A DNA stretch of 63,911 nucleotides, the filler included, from Trypethelium eluteriae (taxonomy: Eukaryota), in NCBI GenBank assembly GCA_051942245.1. It is 5 parts of 5 records of this genome, joined end to end, with 100 filler letters (N's around TTAATTAATTAA, not from the genome) between each part and the next. Parts side by side here need not be neighbours in the genome. Positions count along the whole stretch, not along the records: positions 1 to 12,841 come from JAVECL010000751.1; positions 12,942 to 25,768 come from JAVECL010000752.1; 3 more parts are not named here. One strand, given 5' to 3'. Below the pieces are notes generated by a model. The model searched no databases. It saw nothing but the letters and a program-made list of their open reading frames with translations, and was not told the DNA's origin. Made by a program: the position numbers and the translations under genes. Of this stretch, positions 11,128 to 22,361 are shown in pieces. Each line of letters opens with the position of its first letter. The stretch's first letter is position 1.

Positions 11128-12841
11128 ATGTATCTTTTTCGATGGTCCCTGCGGCTGCCACGGCAAAGCACTCGTTGCTATGCTATAACTTCCAAACCTG
11201 CAGGGCCGCGAAACACCGTCGACCGGTCCCGATGGTCAAAGTCCTCTTTGAACAAATATCCACCCCGAGTTCCACAACGCTCTGAAGACTCTGCAGCACA
11301 GTCACAAGATGAATTTCCACACAACGACAAAGTTGCTGATGCTCTCCGTCGGAATGCAGAGAATTCTGAAAACAACCTCATTGCACCGGTTCACGTCCCT
11401 GAAGACCCTCATGGCATTATCAAAGAACGACATCCCGCTACGTCCTTGCTGGCAAATTCTTCGATTGTGGTCCAGAGGCAGCTGGAGATGATGAATGTAC
11501 TGATGGGGTTTGAGCAAGCGAATCGCTACGTAATCATGGACGCGGCAGGGAACCATATTGGATATTTGGCAGAGCAAGAGCACGGGATCGGGAACACGCT
11601 TTACAGACAGATGGCAAAGACGCATAGGAGTTTTACGACTCACGTCCTCGATCGAGAGGAGAAGGAGGTTCTCAGATTTCATCGTCCATTCTCTTGGATC
11701 AACTCTCGAATCCGAGTCTACGATGCTGTTGGGGACACTGCGCCGGCCTATTCAAATTCGACAGCACTCCGGAACACCTCAACTGGCTCACTCGTCAATC
11801 AGACCTCCGCTCAAGTCTCTCAAATTCCGCCAGATCAAATGCGTCTTATAGGCGAAGCTCAGCAGCAATGGGCCCCCCTCCGCAGAAAATACAACCTCTT
11901 CCTCCACCGCGACGCCTCCCCCTCTGAACCTCCCGAAGGCATACCTCAAACCACCACATCGCGCGACCTCATCCGCTCGACCTCCTCCTCATCAGATCCC
12001 TCCGACCAAGGCACCGCCAAAGCCTTCATCCAATTCGCCCACGTCAACGAGCCCTTCCTCTCCTGGGACTTCTCGCTCCTCTCCGCCAACAGCGCCCTCC
12101 TCGGCATCGTCAACCGCAACTTCGCCGGCTTCGCGCGGGAAATCTTCACCGACACGGGCGTCTACGCGCTGCGCATGGACGCCGCCGGGCTCGCCGCCGA
12201 GCCGCGCCATCTGATCTCGCAGACGGGCAGCAGCAATGTCACCGACCTGGCGACTGGGGAGCCGCAGAAGACGGGCATGACGCTCGATCAGCGGGCGGTC
12301 ATGCTCGCGTTTGCGGTCTCGGTCGATTTTGACTACTTCAGTCGGCATAGTACGGGCCATGGTGGTTTCTTTCCTGTCTGGTTTCCGATGGGGGGTGAGG
12401 CTGCGGGAGAGGCGGGTGCTGCGGGAGCTGCGGGCGGAGCTGCGGCGGGAGAGGCTGGGGCTACTGGTGCAGCTGGAGCTGGAGCTGGAGTTGCAGGGGA
12501 TGCTGGGGCGATCATGGTGGATGGTGCTGCCGGTTCTGCGGCTCGGGGAATGGCGGGACGAGCGGCGGGTGCGGAAGGTGCGGCTGGAGCGGTTGGGGGA
12601 GCGGGGATGTTGGCTGGGCACGAGGCTATGCAAAGAGGGAGAGGGACTGCAGAGGAGGCGGATGATGGGTTCTCCACTTCTATGCAGGATGATTCTAGGA
12701 GAGAGGATGATTCCAGGAGGCAGGATGTATCACCGGGTCCATCACAGGAACACCAAGGACTGTCGCCAGAAGACAGTTGGGCAGGAGATTGGCCTGTCAG
12801 AGGTGGCGGAGGGGGACGTGAAGGAGGAAGCGGTAGAGGAG
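11128..12841 (+). CDS. AIM25: Phospholipid scramblase-family protein (mitochondrial AIM25-like); 3' end lost at the contig end
   Basis: Arg/Ser-rich presequence; RQLEMMNVLMGFEQANRY; QQWAPLRRKYNLF; FLSWDF; GFAREIFTDTGVY; LDQRAVMLA..SVDFDYFSRHS. Confidence 0.9.
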
Positions 12842-12941
12842 NNNNNNNNNNNNNNNNNNNNNNNNNNNNNNNNNNNNNNNNNNNNTTAATTAATTAANNN
12901 NNNNNNNNNNNNNNNNNNNNNNNNNNNNNNNNNNNNNNNNN
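12842..12941. other. Artificial contig linker N44-TTAATTAATTAA-N44
   Basis: Six-frame stop spacer between N runs; identical at all four joins. Confidence 0.97.
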
Positions 12942-13249
12942 AGGTGAGGTTGGAGGATACGGTTGATTGATTTGGAGATGGCTGTTGACTTGGCTGGTGG
13001 AGCACTTGCAAGATGTGATGCATGTGGTAAAATTATGAGATAGCACTTGTCGAAGACAGCAAGGTTCAGATCGGTGTATGCATGATTGCGCTTGTGCAAT
13101 TATCTACAACAGGTATTTTGCATATTAATGCTTATCTTCTTGGTTGAAGGCACGCCGCCACTATACAGACTCCGACCTTAAACCACAAAATTTTCGCATA
13201 GCGCTTCAAGGAACAAGGCACGCTAATTCGAGAATCCAAGAGTCTGAAA

Positions 13250-14741
13250 TCATTCCCTCTCAAGCATCTGCGCAACGTCATCGTCGATCCCATCCATGGC
13301 ATCACCGCTTTGAAACGCATCAAATTCATCGTTGAGCTTTCGCTTCTTAGCTGTTCCATACCCGCCATTCACACCATTCACATTTGCTGGACTCAAACTC
13401 TGGGGCCTCGGATGTATCATTCCGACCACTGCTGTCGTCGCATGATAAGGATCCATATTTGGCGGCGGTTCCTCATGACTTGGAGGCTGTTCTGCTATCA
13501 GGTCCGCGCCAGTCGTGGTCGTGAATTCTGGTGGTGCTGGGTGCAACGATGGTGGGGTAAATATTTCAGCTTCGGGAGGAGGTGGTGTAAGAGTCTCAGG
13601 AGCCGGTCGCGTAGGCTCTTCGCCTGCGACTAATGGAACATCTTCCGTTGGTGTAGCAGAGTCGTGAGCAGAAAGGCCCTTCCTGATCTGATCCTCCACT
13701 TCACGTCTCTCAGCTTCTATTTCTGCCTTTTGGCTATCAAGCTTGATGCGTTGGTCTTCTTCTACCGCTAGGGCCTCTTTTTGTGCTGCAATCAATTTCT
13801 CAAGCTCAAGGATTGTCGCATGTCGTGCTTTGATCACGTCTGCGACTTGACTTTCGGCGGCAGCAAGGTTTTTGATTAATGTGCTCAGTTGCGCGGCACG
13901 GACTGGAGGCGAAGGGGCAGTCGAGTCTGGATCAGCATGTTTGGCGTATTCCTTGGTAGCTGTATTGAGAGTGGGTCTAGCTGTGAGATCGGCCTTGCTA
14001 AGGGAGCCTTGGAGTTCGGCAAGAGTCTTCAATTCCATAGGAATCGAACTCGAGCCTCCAAATAATTGCCCACCAAGTAAATTCTTCTTGCCGGAGCCCC
14101 TATTTCTGTCCAACTCTAACAGTAGTGTCAGCACTTATACCCAATTCAGTGATTTGGGCACACCCGTTACCATCTATTCGAGACTCAACGGCCGCAAGAA
14201 TTGGCTCTTCAAATATTGCTCTTGCCCGCCACACCTCCACCACTCGTCGAATTTTCTGTTGGATCTCGAACGAGGCCCCTTTGTAGGCTGTCGCCGTTGC
14301 GTCTGCGATTATCTATAATCCAGTCAGGAAGATTCGATACAAGCCATTCAACGAGGCTTACCGGAGCAAACGCGTGGAGAAAATCGTCCTTTTTGCGAAT
14401 CTTCGATTGTTGTGCGACTTCTAGAATGAACCACATTAGCGGCGCAGTTGGTCTGCAGGGCTTAGGGCCGACTACAAACCATTTGCGAGGTATAAGTAGT
14501 TCAATCTCTTCGAGGGTGTGGAAGATTCTTTGAGGCGTTGCATCCATAGCTGAGCGACTCGATCGGCATGTCTCCTGGAGTTGGGATGAAAGACTTAGCC
14601 GGGCCACTCGGTCAAGGCTCTCGCGAAATTCATTGAACCGTACCTATGGAAAAGGACCCATTGAGAAACCGTGACGATGCTTTCTTGCGTGTCAACTAGG
14701 CCAGACAGCTTAGATCGGACTGAATCATCGGTGAACGCCAT
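13250..14741 (-). CDS. RTT103: RNA Pol II CTD-interacting (CID/RPR) domain protein, RTT103/Rhn1 family; multi-exon
   Basis: Spliced N-terminus MAFTDDSVRSKLSGLVDTQESIVTVSQWVLFHR/RHADRVAQLW..KRLNYLYLAN/EVAQQSK..RRVVEVWRAR, followed by a coiled-coil C-terminal ORF. Confidence 0.88.
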
Positions 14742-15129
14742 GCTACAATTATCCAGAAGCCGAAATGCCAGTCAATTCGCGCAATTTGCTCCGTGTACTG
14801 TTTACGAGAATTTGCAGCGAGATTAAGGCTTTACTGTAGATCAAGTGTGTCCAGTGTTAGTGATCTTGAGCTCCGAAACTAAGACATGCAGGCGGACATG
14901 CTCATGCTCACAAAATTGACCGGCTAAATCTCGGTCGCGTTTGCGCAGATCAAGCAATCATTCGGCCTCGCCCTCTGTGCTGTGCCCTCCCTCAATCAAC
15001 TCCAGCTTCCTACTTCTCAGCGCCTGCCAACAACAAAAAAGCAACTGGTGACGCCTATTTGCTTCTGATATTCACCTCAAAGAAATCGGGTTTCGTTTCA
15101 TAGAGATCTGCGACGTCGCGTTAGGAGCT

Positions 15130-16032
15130 ATGGCAGACAGATTTCCTTCCATAGAAGACATTGACGCTGGTGAGATGCATTCTAGCCGATCAAATTGACC
15201 CTTGGGGAACCATTTTGTTGACTTCGATTACCACTAGGCCAAACTGAGACGCGTGGGGATGGCAATCTCGACCTCATCAACGACTCCGGCGATACCTCAG
15301 ACTTTCTCTCTCGCGAACGTGCCGCCCTAGGCGAGGACGCTGATCAATTTGCAACGCCTGCCGATAACGCTGCGACAGTGGAGGATGGCGAGGATGATTT
15401 GTTGGGTGGTGGAGGGACCGATTTTCAGACTGGCGGCAGCTCAATGGGCCAAGAGGAAATGTCCGGCTTCGAGAGCAGTTTTCCAGCAATAGACAGCGGC
15501 AATGAGGTATGAACACGCCTTTACATTTTCGGATATCGCGCACTGTCATAGTTTCGTACTCAATTCCTTGCAGCAAGTTGCGCCCGGTGGAACAATCACA
15601 GGAACGCCTGCCCCATATCTACCTGGAGCTCCTTCCCAACCCTCGACCTTCATGGATGAGCCGGAACCAGACGTTATCCGGGAATGGCGGGAACGCCGTG
15701 ATTTAGCCCTTCAACACCGCGACGAGCTCTCCGCGGAAAAGAAAGAGAGAACGATCAAGGAGGCCCAACAAAATATCGACGACTTTTACGATAACTACAA
15801 CAATAAGCGGGAGAAAGGCGTGAAGCAGACACAGAAGGAGGCCGAGGAATTTCTTGCGAGTCGAGACGACACAACGAGTGGTGGCACAAGCTGGGAAAGG
15901 ATCGCGAAGTTAGTCGATTTGAGTGGGAAGGGCACTGGTGGAGGAGCTAGTGGTACGGGTAAGGCTAAGTTCAGGGATCTGCTCTTAAGCCTTAGGAAAG
16001 ATGAAAAAGCTCCGGGTGCAACAGGAGTTTGA
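15130..16032 (+). CDS. CLC1: Clathrin light chain, 3 exons
   Basis: MADRFPSIEDIDAG..DFLSRERAALGEDADQF..FESSFPAID..EPDVIREWRERR..IDDFYDNYN..GTSWERIAKLVD..DEKAPGA. Confidence 0.93.
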
Positions 16033-16845
16033 CTGGGATCGGCAGCTCACTAATTTGCCCAAAGCTAACCATCTGCGAATCCACCGTATCTCGCTAATAA
16101 GTTGCAGCGTATTGCCAGGGCTGGAAGTTACTATGACGAAGTAGTCTTTCGATATCAATAGGATATGAATCGCAAAGACAAGGTTCGCCTGAAGGAGAAT
16201 TTCATGCAACTCCGCTTCTGTATTATACATAGGATAGTATCAAGACAATGCGATCAGCAACCCACCATGACCCTTCTTCACTGTGCGTTCTCTATGGAGG
16301 CCTCTAAACGCTCAATGTTCATGGCTAAAATCGAGGTACTGACCACATCGCTTCCAGCCCATGTGGTTTACGTTTTGAAACGCAGTTAAGTCTCGCTAGA
16401 AATAGACAATCTTTTGGAGTAAAATACGTTGATTAGGTACGTTCCGAGATTATTTCCAAAGTCATCAATCATTCCTTGCTTTCAAATGTGCAGCAGGTCA
16501 AAAATAAAAGCCTAAACCAGCCGAAAATCTCGTAAAGTCATTATTCTGCCAATATGTTGTGGGAGCTCCCATCAAACATGTGTTGGAGACGTATATTTCA
16601 GAATCTCCACGGGCAGTATCCATCAATTACGTCACATTCCCAAAAACGATACAACTTTGATCTCGCCGTAGGAAAGTCGCCGACAAAATGAAAGGCGCTT
16701 TTGCGCGCCACGTATTGAGAGCACAACCAAGACATTGAGGAGATAGGACAATTTAGTGGTAGAAACGGCAAAAGGTGAAAAGAGTAAGAAAAGATTTCGA
16801 AGACTCTTAGGGCGTTGATCTCATCGTACCAATTTGGCGTTAGCA

Positions 16846-18216
16846 TCAAGTGCCGCAAAATCGACACCTTTCTCCCATCCGGACTAGGCTGTTTCGACCC
16901 ATAGCCAAGCAAGTTGCGCATTGGTGACCAGGATCTGAGAAGCCCATGGTTGCGTTTCTCCAGTAAGTACCAAGTAGATGCTCATAATTCCTGGACACTT
17001 TCCCAGTACCGCAAACTTTGACGTTATGCTCAATGGTATAGGTCTTTGAAAAGTTTATCCTTGACCTTTCTCCCAGATTGGCTAATTCAGAGACCACTGT
17101 ATCTGGAACAATCGGAATTGGATACTTAGTGATACGTTCCCCTGGTAATAGTATCGGAGGCGTTTGACCCTGTGTATAAGCTATCGCGTGGTGAACTGCG
17201 TCGCTCCCACGATTGGTTACTCCTCGATTGCCATACGTTTGGATTGGGCTGCCTAGCGTCAGTGAATTTGATCCTTTGACTGATAGCCTTTAGATTCTCT
17301 TACACGCAAAGGCTGTGTCTCTCCCCTGGTTGGACAACAATAAACCTCCGAATCTCACTGAATGCCCGTTCCCCGTACTGAACCACGCTGAAATGAGTCG
17401 AGCCTCGGGTCCTTGGTGCATTTGGATTATTAGGCTGACTAGCTGGTTCAGTCCAGAGCATTTGGAAGACCTGATTGGTGATGAGTATATGTCAGTGTGC
17501 TTATGTGGGTCTCCTACGTACGCGGCCGATTGTGAAAAATCTAGCTTGATCTCTATTTCTCACCCTCCTGAAGCCTGATCTCTAGTTAGCAGGAGCCTTG
17601 CCGAATGATCTTCAAAACTTACGGGGATCAAGTCTCTCAACTGGTGATCCACTATCAGAGCCGTGAATGGGTCTCAGTACTGTTCGAGGCGGTCGAGAGT
17701 CTTGCTGCACTTCCTCATCGTCTTCCTCTTCCTCTTCCTCTTCGTCTTCGTCCTCCTCGCCATCTTCCTCATCGTCTTCCTCGTCGTCATCGTCATCGTC
17801 GTCATCGTCATTAGTATTCCCTTGCGGTGTATAGGCTGCAGCTCTGGGGCTGGCATAGTATCGAGAGTTGACTGAAGCACTTGGCAAGCCTTGACCAAGG
17901 CTATACAAGTTAAAGGGCGATTGGCCCTGGCTCGATGAAGCCTGATTTGAAGGCCCACCTATCACGCTGTCTCGACGAAGCGCTGGACTCACAGTTGCCT
18001 GAGTTTGTGGTTGTTGAGAGTAGTTGGCAGTGGAACTCTGCTCCGCTGCTCCACCTGGCCAGTAATAATACTCGTAGCCGCCTGCCACTTTCGTCAGTCT
18101 GTTGGCACAGAGCAGATACGGCTATTCCTGCCTTGTGAGGTTCTTCTGTATCGGTAGTACCTGTTGGTATTCGGATATCGACACCAGTCCGACCAGCCGC
18201 TCCCGCCATCCGCCAT
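16846..18216 (-). CDS. DUF6590-domain protein with an acidic linker; multi-exon
   Basis: N-terminus MADGGSGWSDW..YYRYRR..GGYEYYYW. Spliced C-domain LDPRF..FFTIGR/VFQMLWTEPA..FSEIRRFIVV..SLCV/PIQTYGNRG..HAIAYT..SRINFSKTYTIEHNVKV..GKV. The first-exon model is less certain. Confidence 0.8.
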
Positions 18217-19100
18217 TTTCACGGAATTGCAGCCTGCCCGCGACACCTATGCAAGAGACTCTGCCCAGTGACACAAGCACCTATATACCCCATTGTCATT
18301 GACTCCAGGTGTAAGAGCCTCACTGGCAGTCTGTAGAAACCCCCTCTTCTGCCGTTTCTGCATGATGAACAATCTGGATGAGTTGCCATGCAATCGGCAG
18401 GTATGCTGCAATCTCGACTGAAGCCATCTCATGCAACATCCCACGCGGGACCCACGTTGATGGGTCCCGATGGGGGTAGCGGGCCGTGGCTCGTTGGCTA
18501 AGAGCTCGCCCCGAGCCGCTTTTGGAGAGCCGTGGCGTGCAAGGATGACCAGGCGTACCAGGCCGCTGGGCGTTCGCGAATACATGCTAAAAGCAGCGTG
18601 TCGACACGCATGCCTTCACCCGTGTATTTCGGGCAGCCCCCAATATCAGTCCCATGCCCATATCTTGATTGCAGACGGTCCAGTTATCTTTCAGCTGAAC
18701 CGTTCAGCACCGTCCAGAGATGAGGCTCTGCGATCGTCCGCTGAAGCCTTTGTCGCTTGCCAGCCTACAAAGCATTGCCAACCATGAGCATCTTGCGTTG
18801 GACACAGATGATACGATGAGACGTTGCATCGTGCTGAGGCTTGTGCATGTGCAGAAGAGATATGTGTCGAAGTCAGTCGTCTTGCAAACGGGAAGACGTG
18901 AGTTTTGTTACACAATACGTCCTAGCTCATCACTTACACGCTTTAAATAGCACAGAAGATTGTTGGAGGACGGATCCCTAAAGCAAGGAGTTTCCTATGC
19001 TCCGGTTGACCTTTCAGAGGCAAAGAGGCTCTCTAAACCTCACTCACAGCTATCTCCGTATTACGAAAGCACGATTTCATGGCCTCGTCCGCAGCAGCCG

Positions 19101-20513
19101 ATGTCTTTTCCTCGTCTTAACTCCCGCCCGAGCTTGAACTCCGCCGACAAAGAGTTCTCTTCAGGGTTACAGCACACAACTCCACCTCACTCTCAAGATA
19201 GCGAGCATGACGATGTTGGACAGCCTACCAAGCGGCTGGAGCAAGAGTTTGAAGATGATTGCCAGCCTCTAAAGCTTAACAGTGACCGCTGGACACGTCC
19301 TCTCCAATACCTAGCACTCTCGCAAGAGAACGTCGCGCAGCTTCGCTTACAGGTGCAGGAACTCCGAACCTCGCTGAAAATGAAACGATTAAAGGTATCA
19401 GAGTGTGATAGATTATTTATGGACGAGTTATATCATTGGTGGAGTAATCGAAATGGGAAAGATAATGGCAAGCTCACAGCACTGTATGATCAATGTCAAG
19501 AAGTAAGAAGAGAAGTCGGACCAGCTGAAGACGACTATGAGCACTTAGAACTACGATTAGGAGAAGTCGAATATGCCAATACAAATTACATACGGCGTGT
19601 GACTACAGCACTACAAAAAAATGTTCCGGATATGCCACTTCAAGGCCTCGAGGAATCCGCGTCCGGATCTCATATATCATTTGAGTCCTCAACATCTCCA
19701 GGAAGTCAGCACGATGGGGAGTCGGAAGATCACAATGAATCTGTGATAGTCGAGGGTCCTAATGGGATACATGCTCTGACATCGCTAGCTTTACGCCAAC
19801 ATGAAGAAGACTTGTCCGCTTGTGAGACTACCTCCCCGAGACACGAAAATTATCCTTTGGTCCCAAGGCTTCGACACGGTACTCGTAGTCTAAGGTCCTT
19901 ATCACTTGATAATCCTCCCGCATCCAATGAATTATCAGCAATCTGGGACCCGGTCCCCTCACAATTGGGCATATCGCCTTCCTCCAAGTCGAGCTCCCCC
20001 AGTTCCGATCATGACGATGATTCCGACTATAAAGTAAGCCGTGAGAGTGAAGATGTGCTTCGTTCCTCACATTCCACGTTGGACCCGGACTTATCGTCCT
20101 TGCTAATCTTCAATCACGAAAGAGCCTCTCGCTCTACACTGAGCAAATACCTCCTGGAATTTCGAAGCTCCCATCATCGCGTGAATCGCTGGCTTCTACA
20201 TCGTCTTAGGACGTCATATATAGAAGCAAGCAGTTTAAAGCAAGCAGTGTCAAAAGTAGGCATTAAGGACGCTCGATGGCACATACAAGCACTCGACCTG
20301 TGGGATATAGACGAAGCTGCGGTGACACCTATTGGAACACCTCCCCAAGAGCCGTCGGTTGAGTCCTTCTCAGGGACATTCCCACTGGCGTTATCGAGCC
20401 TGCAGCCGCATCACGCCGATTACCCTTCCGAAGCACTGAATAGCTCTGCTGACCTACCCATTTTTCTTTGGATGGCTGTCTTACCAAGCACTGAGCTATT
20501 GGAAAGTATTTAG
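19101..20513 (+). CDS. Hypothetical protein with N-terminal coiled coil and Ser-rich region
   Basis: Long ORF (open from 18960, first ATG at 19101) containing VNRWLLHRLRTS; no family recognised. Confidence 0.6.
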   Translation: MSFPRLNSRPSLNSADKEFSSGLQHTTPPHSQDSEHDDVGQPTKRLEQEFEDDCQPLKLNSDRWTRPLQYLALSQENVAQLRLQVQELRTSLKMKRLKVSECDRLFMDELYHWWSNRNGKDNGKLTALYDQCQEVRREVGPAEDDYEHLELRLGEVEYANTNYIRRVTTALQKNVPDMPLQGLEESASGSHISFESSTSPGSQHDGESEDHNESVIVEGPNGIHALTSLALRQHEEDLSACETTSPRHENYPLVPRLRHGTRSLRSLSLDNPPASNELSAIWDPVPSQLGISPSSKSSSPSSDHDDDSDYKVSRESEDVLRSSHSTLDPDLSSLLIFNHERASRSTLSKYLLEFRSSHHRVNRWLLHRLRTSYIEASSLKQAVSKVGIKDARWHIQALDLWDIDEAAVTPIGTPPQEPSVESFSGTFPLALSSLQPHHADYPSEALNSSADLPIFLWMAVLPSTELLESI

Positions 20514-22361
20514 GCAGCGGGCGTCGGCGTCTACAGCGCGAAGTCCTCTACAATTCAAGGCAACTGAACAGGGACTCGTTGCAGTCTGATATAAGCAGCC
20601 CGACGTGATCTGATGATAAGGCTGTATTATTACTATTTCTCTTTCGAAATCAAATACTCCACGGCTATCATGTCTTCAGTAACTCTTGGACACCAATAGC
20701 AAGTGCTCGTGCGAATGGCCCGTAGCCTGATTGCGCGGTCAAAAGCTTGGATTCGCCCGGGGTAGAACGGCAGAGCCTCACATCTGACCTTTTGGCTAGC
20801 TATCGGCGGTGCCGTTCGCTGCTCGGCCGTGATGGGAATGTGCTGCGGGTGGTTGCTACTGGTTTGCATTCGTTGCTCTCCAGCTCATTGGCCTGCTACT
20901 GCAGTCCGGACCCAACCCCTGGTAAGGAGGATTGAATCTGCATTTCGAAGCTATTAAAGCGGCATGTGTATCTGCAACAAATACCCTTGGGACGGCACAC
21001 GCGACAGCACGCTATCACATGAGACTGATAGGCTGGTCATTACCTTCAAAAGGCAGCCGTTTGCCTTCTTCTTTAAGCGAGTCTGATGCTAGCTTTGGAG
21101 TAGACGCGCGTGCCGGGCTGATAATATCTGGGGTTACACGACTCGCGCTGAAACAAGATCGACGAACTAGTTGCCTCATGTTCACCTCGAGTGCCCATCC
21201 TCCGTAAATCTGATCGGGTTGACGCTATCATTCGTCCAGGTGGGGATAATGCACCGGACTAAACTTCAAGCATTGCGTCTGAGATTTCCAGTGCCCAGCA
21301 CGTATAGCAAGCAATTTGACGGCGCAATCGCAGGAGGTCTATGGAGTACCCTGAGAGTCAAATTGGGCTATTTTTGAGTCCTCTATATCTTCAGGTTCTA
21401 GACCAATGATAACCAGATTCTGGGCTTCAAAGTGGCTCACCCGACATATTGGCCCTGTAGCCTACTTATTGTAGGCGAAAACTTTGCTTACCAGAAAATA
21501 CTGGTGGCTTGAAGGACGGAAATCATAGCAAGCCTTCAATAGAGAAGGTGAACTTGGGCGTTGGGTACAGGGGGGTATCTTAGTTGACCGGCCTTTTGCC
21601 CAGTTGTGGTCGGCGACCGGGCTTGCCAAGATAAACCAACATGGGCTGATCTATTTCCAGCTCTTACTAGGTCTGCTTTCCTCCAGCCTTTCTTCAGCCG
21701 CGAATGGCACATACCGCGAGGAGGAGAGTTTATTGAGCATATGGAGCACTGAGGACTAGCAACAGTACCACTTCAAACCGACACTGCCTCTCATAGCCAC
21801 CAGTAATTATGCGTTTCGCCTGATTTTCCTGCGCCGTCAAATAGGTAGGCGTCTCATCCACTGCATCTAACTGCCAGAACGTCATTGCAATTCCAGAATA
21901 GCGTACGCCAGTATACACCAGCACAGTAGTTATGGATGCTAGACGGAGTGAGATGCGAAATTCTAGCTTTCTCGTCCCGTTTCATGTTGTCGTCCCTCTT
22001 CCCGGTATGTCTGTGCTGGCGTCAGAGCTGAAAAGCCTCCATACACCTCCCAATAGTCCATGTACTAGTCTGAATACTTTAATGATCATTCCTCTCGCCC
22101 CCATTTTGCTAGTCATGAAATTTTGTTCTAGGCGATTCTTACTAAATAGATTTTTTTTATTTTCTCGTCCCCATCTCTCTTTCTATATCCCGAGACATAC
22201 CCCGAAAAGTCCACTGAAGGGATCCCGACAAGAAAGAGGGACATGTACTAGCGGTCCTTTGATAGTTCCCCGGAATCGCATCAAGATCGATCACGAGCGC
22301 AGTCTGCTTCGACAAATCCATAAATTGATCTGCGGAGTCCCAACCCAATAAACCGAGCACT

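Noticed and set aside
12886..12897. TTAATTAATTAA palindrome recurring about every 12.9 kb, suggesting a periodic element
   Set aside because: Always embedded in N runs; it is a synthetic six-frame stop linker.
17710..17812. TCC/TCG/TCA triplet tract
   Set aside because: Encodes the Asp/Glu linker of the DUF6590 protein.
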